Shown here: positions 18,572-29,350 of the stretch, in pieces
Numbering within the stretch: the first letter of the stretch is position 1
Layout: each line of letters starts with the position of its first letter
Origin: an uncultured Acetatifactor sp.
GTDB lineage: Bacteria > Bacillota > Clostridia > Lachnospirales > Lachnospiraceae
NCBI GenBank assembly: GCA_950096775.1
Contig: CATNDL010000025.1
Location: 1,338 to 65,337 of the forward strand
Direction of reading: 5' to 3'
DNA: 64,000 bases
Made by a program: the position numbers and the translations under genes
The notes under the pieces: generated by a model
The model's input: only the letters and a program-made list of their open reading frames with translations
The model's database searches: none
What the model was told of the DNA's origin: nothing

Positions 18572-19044
18572 AAATCACCTCCCAGCGCTTCCTTCAGCAT
18601 GGTCCGCCCTCTCGACAGGAGCGAATAGACCGTATTTTCCTTTTTGCCCAGAATCTTTCCGATCTCCCCGGCCGAGTAGCCCTCGTAATAATGCAGGTAA
18701 ATGGTGTCCTTGTACTTTGCCGGCAGGGCCAATACCGCATCCAGCACCTCTGTCTGCTCGGGCGGGATCGATGCCGCCTCCTCCGCCAGCTCCTCCAGAG
18801 GCAGGGCGCTGTGGCGGAAGAAGCTTTTCAGATAATCCCGGCAGGCATTCAGGGTGACGCGGATGAACCACGCTTTCTCATGCTCCGGGCTCTCAAAGCT
18901 CCCTTCATACAGCAAATATTTTAAGAACACTGTCTGAAACACATCCTCTGTGTCCGCGGCGTTCTTCACATGATAAAGGCAAATCCGTCTTATCATGTCC
19001 GAATACCGTTCCACCGCACTGTCTACCTCAACTTCGCTGCGCAC
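18568..19044 (-). CDS. ECF RNA polymerase sigma factor
   Basis: DTEDVFQTVFLK, AWFIRVTLNACRD (region 2), YLHYYEGYSAGEIGKILG...TVYSLLSRGR (region 4); GTG 19044 preferred, ATG 19077 possible. Confidence 0.9.
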   Translation of the reverse strand: MRSEVEVDSAVERYSDMIRRICLYHVKNAADTEDVFQTVFLKYLLYEGSFESPEHEKAWFIRVTLNACRDYLKSFFRHSALPLEELAEEAASIPPEQTEVLDAVLALPAKYKDTIYLHYYEGYSAGEIGKILGKKENTVYSLLSRGRTMLKEALGGDL

Positions 19045-19167
19045 CGCTCCACCGCCTTTGCCGCCTCTCATCCCCACTGCCTCCGCCGGGATGCCTATCC
19101 TTCGCCGCTTCCTGCCCCGCCGCCCTGCCCGGGCGCTCCGCTTCCTGCCCGCAGATCCCCATACCGC

Positions 19168-19198
19168 AAAAGGGACTGCCGCATGCTACGGCAATCCC
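19168..19198 (-). terminator. Probable weak terminator between the secreted-protein gene and the sigma gene
   Basis: GGGATTGCCG-TAGCATG-CGGCAGTCCC followed by TTTT. Confidence 0.5.
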
Positions 19199-19210
19199 CG
19201 CTCCTTACCT

Positions 19211-19795
19211 TCAATGATGTCCGCGGCCGTGATGGCCGGAGCCGTGGCGGCCTCCTCCGTAGCTGCCGGAATAGCAGTTCCATCCTCCCTGGCCCATGCC
19301 GCAGCCATGCCCCGTGCCGTCGTAGTACGGGCATGCGGTGCTTCCGTCATAGGATCCGTATACCGTCTGGGCCTGCGCCTGGGGCGCCTCCTCTGCCGGG
19401 GCCTGATCCTCCGCCGCCGTGCTCACTGCGGGCTGGCCCTGGGCCGCCACACCGGCTCCAGGCTGGCTCTCAGGCGCTGCCGCCGGAGCCTGATCCTCTG
19501 CCGCCGCGCCCTGGGCCGTACCGATCCCGCCCTGCGTGCCATACGCCGCCCCGCCGTGGCAGTACTCCCAGTAATCGCAGACGCCGCTCACATCGATGCC
19601 CCAGTAGGCACAGTCCTGTCCGCCGCCATAGCAGTACAGATGATGTCCGCCCTCGTGGCTCCCTCTGTACTGGCGCAGGCCGCTGCCCCGAATCACACTG
19701 CCCGCGCAGGCCCCGTGATGCCCTGCGGAAACGGTCATGCCCATGGACAGCGCCAGCGCAAGAGCCGTCCCCATTGTAATGATTTTCTTCTTCAT
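19211..19795 (-). CDS. Secreted His/Cys/Gly/Tyr-rich hypothetical protein
   Basis: Signal peptide MKKKIITMGTALALALSMGMTVSA; 8 Cys and 12 His; GGAGG RBS 9 nt before ATG 19795. Confidence 0.75.
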   Translation of the reverse strand: MKKKIITMGTALALALSMGMTVSAGHHGACAGSVIRGSGLRQYRGSHEGGHHLYCYGGGQDCAYWGIDVSGVCDYWEYCHGGAAYGTQGGIGTAQGAAAEDQAPAAAPESQPGAGVAAQGQPAVSTAAEDQAPAEEAPQAQAQTVYGSYDGSTACPYYDGTGHGCGMGQGGWNCYSGSYGGGRHGSGHHGRGHH

Positions 19796-19844
19796 CCTCA
19801 CATACCTCCGATCTGATAAATGCCGTTGTTTTCATGTCTTTACT

Positions 19845-19876
19845 TATAATACGACAGACCGGAGGGAAACCTTGCA
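19845..19876 (-). promoter_or_regulatory. Putative ECF-type promoter
   Basis: TGCAAG-N17-CGTATTATA; the CGTA -10 core resembles Bacillus SigW/SigX/SigV-type promoters. Confidence 0.5.
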
Positions 19877-19893
19877 TTTATTCTGCAAAAAAT

Positions 19894-21090
19894 TTATTTG
19901 TCAAAAATCTCTTTCCAGGATTTCTTTTTCTTGCCTTCCTTATGGCTCTCCTTGCCCTCTTCCCCATGCTCCGGCTCCGAGGACATGTTCTTGGCCGCGT
20001 TCAGGGAATTGCCTGTCAGCTCGTCGAACTGGCGCAGCAGCTCCCTGGCCTCGGGCTTGAGCTTGTCGGGCACCTGCACCACCAAAGTCACATAGTGGTC
20101 GCCCCGCACGTCCTTGTTCCGCCAGGAGGGCACGCCCTTGCCCCGCAGCCGTATCCGGGTATCCGTCTGGGTGCCGGCCTTCACGTCATAGATGACCTTG
20201 CCGTCCACGGTGTCGATCAGGATCTCGCCCCCCAGGGCCGCCACCGCGAAGGACACGGGGACAGTGGAATAGATGTCGAAATCCTGCCGCTGGAAGATAG
20301 GATGCCGCCCCACGATCACCTCGATCAGCACATCCCCTCTGGGGCCTCCGTTGACGCCGGGCTCGCCCAGGCCCGGCATGCGGGTGGACTGGCCGTTGTC
20401 GATTCCCGCGGGGATGTCCACGGAATAACGTTTTTTCATGGATATATATCCGGTTCCACGGCAATCCGTGCACTTGTCCTTGATGATCTTGCCGCTGCCC
20501 TGGCAGTCTGGACAGGTCTGCACGTTGCGGACAGTGCCGAAGAGGGACTGCTGGGTGAAGACCACCTGGCCCTTGCCGCCGCACTTGGGGCAGGTCTCGG
20601 GACTGGTGCCGGGCTTTGCGCCGGAGCCGTTACAGGTCTTACAGGTCTCCTTCACGTTCAGCTCAATCTCTTTCTTGCAGCCGAACACAGCCTCCTCAAA
20701 AGTGATGCGGACGCTGGTCCGCAGGTTCGCGCCCTTCATGGGGCCGTTGCTGCGGCCTCTGCTGCGGCCCCCTCCGAAGAGGTCGCCGAAGATATCGCCG
20801 AAAATATCGCCGAAGTCAGCCCCGCTGAAATCGAACCCTCCGCCTCCGCCCATTCCGCCGTCGAAAGCGGCATGGCCGAACTGATCGTACTGCCGTCTCT
20901 TGTCCGGATCGCTCAACACGGCATAGGCTTCGGAGGCCTCCTTGAATTTCTTCTCCGCCTCCGCATCCCCCGGATTCATGTCCGGATGATACTTCTTCGC
21001 CAGCGCGCGGTATGATTTTTTGATCGCCGCATCGTCCGCACCCTTATCCACGCCCAGGACCTCATAATAATCCCGCTTCTGCTCCGCCAT
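19894..21090 (-). CDS. dnaJ: Chaperone DnaJ
   Basis: [11 protein letters not shown] motif, four CxxCxGxG repeats, GF-rich region. Confidence 0.96.
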   Translation of the reverse strand: MAEQKRDYYEVLGVDKGADDAAIKKSYRALAKKYHPDMNPGDAEAEKKFKEASEAYAVLSDPDKRRQYDQFGHAAFDGGMGGGGGFDFSGADFGDIFGDIFGDLFGGGRSRGRSNGPMKGANLRTSVRITFEEAVFGCKKEIELNVKETCKTCNGSGAKPGTSPETCPKCGGKGQVVFTQQSLFGTVRNVQTCPDCQGSGKIIKDKCTDCRGTGYISMKKRYSVDIPAGIDNGQSTRMPGLGEPGVNGGPRGDVLIEVIVGRHPIFQRQDFDIYSTVPVSFAVAALGGEILIDTVDGKVIYDVKAGTQTDTRIRLRGKGVPSWRNKDVRGDHYVTLVVQVPDKLKPEARELLRQFDELTGNSLNAAKNMSSEPEHGEEGKESHKEGKKKKSWKEIFDK

Positions 21091-21138
21091 ACCAAACACC
21101 TCATAATCGAATATACGTATTGTTCTAATCTATCACAG

Positions 21139-21182
21139 AAAATCTAAGCCGACACCATCTCCCTGCCGCCGACTTAGATTTT
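21139..21182 (-). terminator. Hairpin/terminator between dnaK and dnaJ
   Basis: AAAATCTAAG...CTTAGATTTT 10-bp perfect inverted repeat, extendable. Confidence 0.6.
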
Positions 21183-21304
21183 CCTCTTGCCCTGAATTTC
21201 TATCTCATTTCCCGGTTGCCGCAGCTGCGTAAAGCCCGCCGCCCGCAGTCGGCTGTTTCCCTCTTCCGTCCGCTACGGTGCAGCCCGCGGAACCTGTCTC
21301 CGGC

Positions 21305-23179
<1,875 letters not shown>

Positions 23180-23253
23180 TTATATCCTCCTGAATTGTTC
23201 TGCCTTTATCTTGAAATTTTTCCTTGATACCTAACCAATGATAATCTGCTGGT

Positions 23254-23273
23254 TTGCAAAACGAACTTGTTCG
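23254..23273. repeat. Dispersed palindromic 20-mer, copy 2
   Basis: TTGCAAAACGAACTTGTTCG; 19/20 identical to 5469-5488. Confidence 0.6.
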
Positions 23274-23287
23274 CTTGTGAACCATTC

Positions 23288-23971
23288 TCACACTACTACG
23301 GCTACCATAGAGTGTCTGACTACGCTGTCGCGGTAGGTGTACCCCTTCTGCAGCTCCTGGGCCACCGTGCCGGATTCGTACTCCTCGCTCTCCACCTGCA
23401 TCACCGCGTTGTGGAGGTTGGGGTCGAACTCCTGCCCCAGGGCCTGGATGGGCTTCACGCCGATATTCTCCAGCTCCGTCATGAGCTGTTTGTAGATCCG
23501 GTTCATGCCGTCCACGAAGGGATCCTCCTTCCTGTCCTCGGGCACCGTGGCCAGACCTCTCTCGAAATTGTCCACCACCGGGAGCATCTTCTCGATGACG
23601 CTCCTGGCGCCGGTCTCGAACATGGCGTGCTTCTCCTTCTCCGTCCGGTTGCGGAAGTTCTCAAATTCCGCCAGCTGGCGCTTCACCTTGTCCTCCAGCT
23701 GTTCAATCTGATCCTTATAGCCCTGGGCTTTCTTGTCCAGCTTGGCCTGCTTCCTGGCCGCACGCTTCTCCGCCCAGGTCTTGGGATCTACTCCCTCCGG
23801 AGCCGCCTCGCTCTCTTCCCCGGCCTCGTCCGCCGTCTCCTCCTGCCCGGCCTCCCCGGCCTGCTGCCCCTTTTCGGGCTCCGGCGCCTCAGCGCACTCT
23901 TCCGCCCTGTCCTCCGTCCCGGGGGCTTCCTGATCCTTTTCTATCTCCATATCCTTTTCCTGCTCTGCCAT
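23288..23971 (-). CDS. grpE: Nucleotide exchange factor GrpE
   Basis: AEFENFRNRTEKE, LPVVDNFERGL, FDPNLHNAV, LQKGY...VRHSMVAV. Confidence 0.95.
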   Translation of the reverse strand: MAEQEKDMEIEKDQEAPGTEDRAEECAEAPEPEKGQQAGEAGQEETADEAGEESEAAPEGVDPKTWAEKRAARKQAKLDKKAQGYKDQIEQLEDKVKRQLAEFENFRNRTEKEKHAMFETGARSVIEKMLPVVDNFERGLATVPEDRKEDPFVDGMNRIYKQLMTELENIGVKPIQALGQEFDPNLHNAVMQVESEEYESGTVAQELQKGYTYRDSVVRHSMVAVVV

Positions 23972-24056
23972 ATCCCCGATTGTCAACCTCCATTCCTTTT
24001 GCCGCTATTTTACTGCCATTTCACTTCTGTCTTGCTTCTATCAGCTTCTATATGCC

Positions 24057-25088
24057 CTATCCTTTCTTCCCATATAGCTCGTCAAGCTGTGTCTGTATGG
24101 CCCGAAGCGTCCCTACGACCTTGTCGTAATCCATCCGCTTTGGCCCTACGATACCGATTGTTCCCTTCATGCCGCCGCCCAATTCATAGGTGGCGGTGAC
24201 CACGCTGCAGTCCTTCATGCTCTGCACCTGGGTCTCCGCGCCGATGTACACCTGGATGCCCGTCTCCTCGCCCTGGGCGTGGGCCTCCTGGAGGAGCTCT
24301 CCCAGGAGCTGCTTTTCCTCAAAGGTGTTGATCAGCTCGCTGGCCTTCTGCTGGTCGGCCAGCTCCGGGTAGCGGAAGATATTGTTGGTGCCGCTGGTGT
24401 AGATCTCCAGGTCCTCCTCCGCCCTGATGGCCTCCGCCACCGCGTCGATGACCTCGCTGACGATGGCGCTGTGGATGCCCGCCTGCTGCTTCATGACGGC
24501 TATCATGGCCAGGTTGATCTCATCGATGGACAGGCCGTTTAAGTAGGTGTTCAGCAGGATGTTCAGCTTCAGCAGGGTTTCGTCGTCCAGCTCCTCCTCC
24601 ACGGACAGGATGTTGTTCTTGATCACATTCCCCTGGATGACGATTACCGCCAGGATCTGCCCCGCGTCCACCCGGGAAAGCTGGATGAACTTCAGCTTGC
24701 TTCGCTTGGTCTGGGGGGCGGAGATCATGGTGGCGTACTGGGTGTTCTGCGCCAGCACCCTGGCCATCTGCTTCAGGAGCGTCTCCATCTTGTCCTGGCG
24801 CTCCACCAGCATATCCCGCATCTCCACCACTTCCCGCTCCTTCTCCTCCATCATGGCGTCCACGTAGAGGCGGTAGCCCTTGTCTGAAGGAATCCTGCCC
24901 GCGGAGGTATGGGGCTGGAAAATGTATCCCATCTCCTCCAGGTCGGCCATCTCGTTGCGGATGGTGGCAGAGCTTAAGTTCAGGTCGGTGTACTTGGAAA
25001 TGGTTCTGCTGCCAACCGGCTCCCCTGTCTCCAGGTAATTGCGGATGACTGCCTGCAGGATTTTCTTTTTTCTCTCATCCAGCTCCAT
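24057..25088 (-). CDS. hrcA: Heat-inducible transcription repressor HrcA
   Basis: EPVGSRTI, SSATIRNEMADLEEMGY, PHTSAGRIPSDKGYR, GPKRMDY. Confidence 0.96.
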   Translation of the reverse strand: MELDERKKKILQAVIRNYLETGEPVGSRTISKYTDLNLSSATIRNEMADLEEMGYIFQPHTSAGRIPSDKGYRLYVDAMMEEKEREVVEMRDMLVERQDKMETLLKQMARVLAQNTQYATMISAPQTKRSKLKFIQLSRVDAGQILAVIVIQGNVIKNNILSVEEELDDETLLKLNILLNTYLNGLSIDEINLAMIAVMKQQAGIHSAIVSEVIDAVAEAIRAEEDLEIYTSGTNNIFRYPELADQQKASELINTFEEKQLLGELLQEAHAQGEETGIQVYIGAETQVQSMKDCSVVTATYELGGGMKGTIGIVGPKRMDYDKVVGTLRAIQTQLDELYGKKG

Positions 25089-25111
25089 CCAAGCTGCCTC
25101 CCTTTCTGTTA

Positions 25112-25138
25112 TTAGCACTCATTTAAGGGGAGTGCTAA
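25112..25138. promoter_or_regulatory. CIRCE operator (HrcA site)
   Basis: Perfect TTAGCACTC-N9-GAGTGCTAA. Confidence 0.97.
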
Positions 25139-25152
25139 CATCTACTAACCAT

Positions 25153-25181
25153 AAAATAGCACTTACCCTATCCATTGTCAA
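25153..25181 (-). promoter_or_regulatory. Sigma-A promoter of the hrcA operon
   Basis: TTGACA-N17-TATTTT with TG extension, just upstream of CIRCE. Confidence 0.75.
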
Positions 25182-25231
25182 CCGATTTCCTCAAAAATAA
25201 TTCTAAAAAAAATCTAAATAGCCTGCGCATA

Positions 25232-25269
25232 CAAAAAACAGAATCCTCGCCAAGCAAGAATCCTGTTTT
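25232..25269 (-). terminator. Intrinsic terminator after the DUF6465-like gene
   Basis: AAAACAGGATTCTTGC-TTG-GCGAGGATTCTGTTTT plus T run. Confidence 0.8.
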
Positions 25270-25293
25270 CCGCATCCGTTTTCCGTATGGGCT

Positions 25294-25776
25294 TCAGATG
25301 TCGAAGCAGCCGGAGACTTCGCCGTTCATCACATAGTAGACCTTGTTCTCCTCCGGCTTCACGTACATCTCCACGCTCTCTAACTCGCCCACCTTGCGCT
25401 TCAGGTCGTATTTCCATACATCCCTGGCAATCTTCAGCAGATCTTCCTGTGAGTAGGACCTGCCTGCGTACTGGATGTGGAGGACGCTCTCCACAGCCTT
25501 CTTCGCCGCAGCCTTGGGCGCCGTCTTCTTTTCGGCGGCTTTCGCGGCCTTGGGCGCCTCCTCCGCAGGTGCCTCCGTCTTGGCTGCCCTGGCCGTCTTT
25601 GCAGGCCTGCCCGCGGTCTTCTTCGCGGGGGCCTTCCTGGGCTCCTCCTGGGGCTCTGTTGCCTTGGTTTCTGCTATTTCTTCTGTCTTTATCTCTTCTG
25701 CCTTGGGTTCGATAGCTTCCGCCACTACTGTTTCCGTAGTCTTTGCTGCAGTTTTCGTCGATTTTCTTCCTGCCAT
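25294..25776 (-). CDS. DUF6465-like protein with Lys/Ala-rich N-terminal region
   Basis: KAPAKK/KTAPKAAAKK low-complexity region, then HIQYAGRSYSQEDLLKIARDVWKY...ESVEMYVKPEENKVYYVMN; AGGAAG RBS. Confidence 0.75.
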   Translation of the reverse strand: MAGRKSTKTAAKTTETVVAEAIEPKAEEIKTEEIAETKATEPQEEPRKAPAKKTAGRPAKTARAAKTEAPAEEAPKAAKAAEKKTAPKAAAKKAVESVLHIQYAGRSYSQEDLLKIARDVWKYDLKRKVGELESVEMYVKPEENKVYYVMNGEVSGCFDI

Positions 25777-25862
25777 GATTGTCCACTTCCTTTCTCTCAT
25801 ATCTATGTTCCGTTGCTGGAAACAGGCGTGGAACGGCCCTGCCGTCCCGCCTACCCTGCTGT

Positions 25863-25891
25863 ATTGTATTCCTTTTTGCAAAAAAAGTCAA
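25863..25891 (-). promoter_or_regulatory. Sigma-A promoter of the DUF6465-like gene
   Basis: TTGACT-N17-TACAAT. Confidence 0.7.
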
Positions 25892-26099
25892 CTATATAGT
25901 GTTCATTTTTCTCCGATACGCCTCTCCCGGCTCCGTGACACTGCTGAATATTCCGGGGAAACGGCCCGGGGATCATGCAGAAATACGCGGTCTGCCTCCG
26001 GCCCATGATGTCAGGCCTGTGGTATTTGTGCAGGATTCCCATGTTTTTCCTGCCTCTGCCCGCAGAATCGCCAAATGGCCGGAGGTTCCTCCTTTGATT

Positions 26100-26984
26100 T
26101 TACGCCGCCAGCCCGAAGTACAGCAGCACCACCGCCCCCAGCGCGATGCGGTACCAGCCGAAGACCTTGAAGTCGTGCTTCTTGATGTATCCCATCAGGA
26201 ACCGGAGCACGAACAGGGACACGATGAAGGACACCACTGTCCCCACGATCAGCAGCGTCAGTTCCATGGAGGTGAACGCGAAGCCGAATTTCACCACCTT
26301 CAGGAGGCTGGCCCCGAACATCACCGGAATGGCCAGGAAGAAGGTGTACTCTGCCGCCACCGTCCTGGACACGCCGATGAGCAGGGCGCCCACGATCGTG
26401 GCGCCGGAGCGGGAGGTACCGGGGAACACGGCGGCGATCAGCTGGAACACGCCGATGAGGAAGGCGGTCTGGAAGGTGATCTGGGAGAGCCTGCGTATCC
26501 TGGGCCTCCTCCCCTTGTTCCAGCTCTCCACCACGATGAAGGCCACGCCGAACACGATCAGGGCGATCGCCACGCTGGTGGGGTTATAGAACAGCTCGTC
26601 GAACACGTCGTCGAACAGGATACCGATCACCGCCGCCGGCACGCAGGACACCAGGATTTTGAACCACAGGATCCAGATGTCCTTCTTGAAATAGGACATG
26701 ATGCCGGTTTCCCCCGTCTGCTCCCGCTCTCTCCTGGTCAGGGCGAAGGGCCAGATCTGGCCCCAGAACAGCACCACCACCGCCAGGATGGCCCCCAGCT
26801 GGATGACCACGTCGAACATGCCGAAGAACTCCTCGCTGACGCCAATGCCGTTCTCAAGCGGGCGGAAGGGCATCAGGCTCTCCACCAGAATCAAGTGCCC
26901 TGTGCTGCTGATGGGCAGCCATTCCGTGATGCCCTCCACTATGCCATAGATGATTGCCTTGATGATTTCAATGAACTGTTCCAT
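26100..26984 (-). CDS. uppP: Undecaprenyl-diphosphate phosphatase (BacA)
   Basis: GIVEGITEWLPISSTGHL, IQLGAILAV, PGTSRSGAT. Confidence 0.95.
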   Translation of the reverse strand: MEQFIEIIKAIIYGIVEGITEWLPISSTGHLILVESLMPFRPLENGIGVSEEFFGMFDVVIQLGAILAVVVLFWGQIWPFALTRREREQTGETGIMSYFKKDIWILWFKILVSCVPAAVIGILFDDVFDELFYNPTSVAIALIVFGVAFIVVESWNKGRRPRIRRLSQITFQTAFLIGVFQLIAAVFPGTSRSGATIVGALLIGVSRTVAAEYTFFLAIPVMFGASLLKVVKFGFAFTSMELTLLIVGTVVSFIVSLFVLRFLMGYIKKHDFKVFGWYRIALGAVVLLYFGLAA

Positions 26985-27006
26985 CTTCACTCTCCATTCT
27001 CTCTTT

Positions 27007-27108
27007 TATACTGCATAACGCTGAATACTGCCTAATGTAATCATGCGCTTGAACCGGTCAGCGTTATGCAGTCTGGCTTCACGGCAAGTGAAACCGTTAA
27101 GCAGTATA
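27007..27108. repeat. REP/MITE-like element with nested inverted repeats
   Basis: 15-bp perfect IR ACTGCATAACGCTGA (27010-24) / TCAGCGTTATGCAGT (27058-72); outer 13-bp IR with one mismatch (27007-19 / 27096-108). Confidence 0.65.
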
Positions 27109-27141
27109 TATCGCTTTTGTGCCTTCCTCTGTGCAGATTGC

Positions 27142-27996
27142 TCATTTCTCCAGGAAAGCCAGCAGCTCCTGATAGGACTCCGCCGCGTCCCGGTAGCCCT
27201 GGCGGTACAGGGCCCGCAGCTTCCTCCCGTCCTTCTCCACCCGCCCCACGCCGCTGGGCGCTTTCGGCCGGATCACGAATACCTGGCCGCTCTTTCGCAG
27301 CCTCTCCACATAGGCCACCTGTTCCCTGTAGCGCGCGTTCCGGCGGGCCATCAGCTCCGCCACCCTCGGGTACCGCCAGTACCGCGCCCGCAGCAGCCAG
27401 AGCATGTGGGCCTTGACCCGCCGCCTCACGAAGGACGTCTCTTTGGTCATGACCACCACATTCTTCCGGTTCCCGTCCAGGACGGATTTCTGGATGGGGA
27501 TGGAGTCGCTCAAGCCCCCGTCCAGGTACAGCCCGCCGCCGATCCTCACGTTCCGGGATACCAGGGGCAGGGAGGCGGATGCCCGGATCTTCACGATGTC
27601 CTTCCTCACGTCCCGTATCCGGAAGTAGGCCGGCTTTCCGGTAACGATGTCCGTGGCCACGCTGTAGGCCTTTCCGCCATACTGTTCAAAAGCCTTGTAG
27701 TCGTAGGGGTTCAGCTGCTCCGGCACCAGCCGGTAATTCATGTCCACATTGAACAGATCCCCCGTGGTCAGCAGGCTCCACAGACTGCAGTACCTTTTGT
27801 CGTCCAGGTAGTCTATGCAAACGTCCCTGGCCCGCCCCCGCTGCTTCGAGAGATAGCTGCACATGCTGCAGGCCCCCGCCGACACGCCGTACACACTGGA
27901 AAATTCTATGCCCTTATCCAGGAAAAAATCGATCACCCCGGCGGTGTAGAGTCCTTTCATGCCGCCGCCCTCCAATATCAGTCCTGCCTGATACAC
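27142..27996 (-). CDS. Patatin-like phospholipase family protein
   Basis: EGGGMKG, GVSAG nucleophile elbow, DGG. Confidence 0.88.
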   Translation of the reverse strand: MYQAGLILEGGGMKGLYTAGVIDFFLDKGIEFSSVYGVSAGACSMCSYLSKQRGRARDVCIDYLDDKRYCSLWSLLTTGDLFNVDMNYRLVPEQLNPYDYKAFEQYGGKAYSVATDIVTGKPAYFRIRDVRKDIVKIRASASLPLVSRNVRIGGGLYLDGGLSDSIPIQKSVLDGNRKNVVVMTKETSFVRRRVKAHMLWLLRARYWRYPRVAELMARRNARYREQVAYVERLRKSGQVFVIRPKAPSGVGRVEKDGRKLRALYRQGYRDAAESYQELLAFLEK

Positions 27997-28161
27997 GATT
28001 ATCCCGCCTTTCTGACAATTCTGTCATTTTATTTCCGCGCAACTGTCTGCCGGAAGCACAGCGGCTTTCCTGGCTGGCGCCGATTCGTCTGCTGTGCAGG
28101 ACCCGGCGGATGACAGCACGTTTGTTCTGCGGAGGCCTGGCTGTTACCAGTCCTCCTGCCC

Positions 28162-29349
28162 CTAGCGGTAGGTCTCCTCCACGAACCGCCGCAGGGCCTT
28201 TAACGACCGCTCTACCTTTTCGGTGGCGATGCAGTAGGCCATGCGGAAGTATCCCGGCGCGCCGAAGGTGTCCCCGGGCACCAGCACCAGGTCATAGTCC
28301 AGCGCCTTGCGGCAGAACGCCCTGGCGTCCTCCTCCAGGGCTTTGGGGAAGATGTAGAAGGTCCCGCCGGGCTTCACGCAGGAAAAGCCCAAATCCACCA
28401 GTTCCTTGTAGAGGATTTCCATGTTGGTCTCATAGACGCTCAAGTCCGCCGTCCGGTCCAGCACTTTGGCCACGGCAAGCTGGATGATGGACGGCGGGCA
28501 GTTATGCCCGATGCCCCTGGAAATCTGGCCGCACATGTTGACCATGGTCTCCGCGTCCCTGCATCTGGGGTTCACCGCCACATAGCCGATGCGCTCCCCG
28601 GGGATGGACAGGGACTTGGAGAAGGAATAGCACATGATGGTATCGTCGTAAAAGGCGGACACGCAGGGCGCCTCCACGCCGCTAAATACGATTTCACGAT
28701 ACGGTTCATCCGAAATCAGGTATATAGTGTGCCCGTATTCCGCCGATTTCTCCCGCAGGAGATCCGCCAGCTTCCTGAGGGTGGCCGCGGAATAGGCCAC
28801 GCCGGAGGGATTGTTGGGCGTGTTGATCAGCACAGCCATCACCTTCCCGGTGAGCATCTCCTCGAATTTCCCGAAATGGATCTGGAAGCTCTCCGTGTCC
28901 GGGGGCACCACCTTCAGCACCGCTCCCGTCAGGTTCACGTAGGGACCGTACTCCGGGAAATAGGGGGCGAAGGTCAGGATCTCGTCCCCCGGCTCCGTCA
29001 CCAGGCGGAAGGCGTGGGCCAGCGCCCCGGCCGCGCCGGAGGCCATGAAGATATGCTCCTTCCGGTAGGGCAGGCCGAACCGCTTCTCAAGGGATGCCGC
29101 CACCGCCTCCCTGACGCCGGTGATGCCCAGGCTGGGGCTGTAGCCGTGGAGCTCATTGCTCTCCCTGTCTGTCAGCATATGAATCATCTCGTCCGTAAAT
29201 GCCTGGGGCACGGGCACGGAAGGGTTCCCCAGGCTGTAGTCGAACACGTTCTCATACCCGATTTCCTGGCCTCTGGCCGTGGCGAACTCCGACAGCTCCC
29301 GGATGACGGATTTTCCTGCCAGCATGTCTTTATATTTTTGCACTAGCAT
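28162..29349 (-). CDS. PLP-dependent aminotransferase, class I/II
   Basis: YSLGNP, INTPNNPSG, SDEPY, SFSKSLSIPGERIGY. Confidence 0.9.
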   Translation of the reverse strand: MLVQKYKDMLAGKSVIRELSEFATARGQEIGYENVFDYSLGNPSVPVPQAFTDEMIHMLTDRESNELHGYSPSLGITGVREAVAASLEKRFGLPYRKEHIFMASGAAGALAHAFRLVTEPGDEILTFAPYFPEYGPYVNLTGAVLKVVPPDTESFQIHFGKFEEMLTGKVMAVLINTPNNPSGVAYSAATLRKLADLLREKSAEYGHTIYLISDEPYREIVFSGVEAPCVSAFYDDTIMCYSFSKSLSIPGERIGYVAVNPRCRDAETMVNMCGQISRGIGHNCPPSIIQLAVAKVLDRTADLSVYETNMEILYKELVDLGFSCVKPGGTFYIFPKALEEDARAFCRKALDYDLVLVPGDTFGAPGYFRMAYCIATEKVERSLKALRRFVEETYR

Positions 29350-29350
29350 T

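Noticed and set aside
25156-25181. Second CIRCE overlapping the hrcA promoter
   Set aside because: Only a degenerate half-site (TAGCACTT) with no matching second arm
28013-28026. Palindrome TGACA-ATTC-TGTCA upstream of the patatin gene
   Set aside because: Single short palindrome with no second copy or identifiable regulator; could be chance
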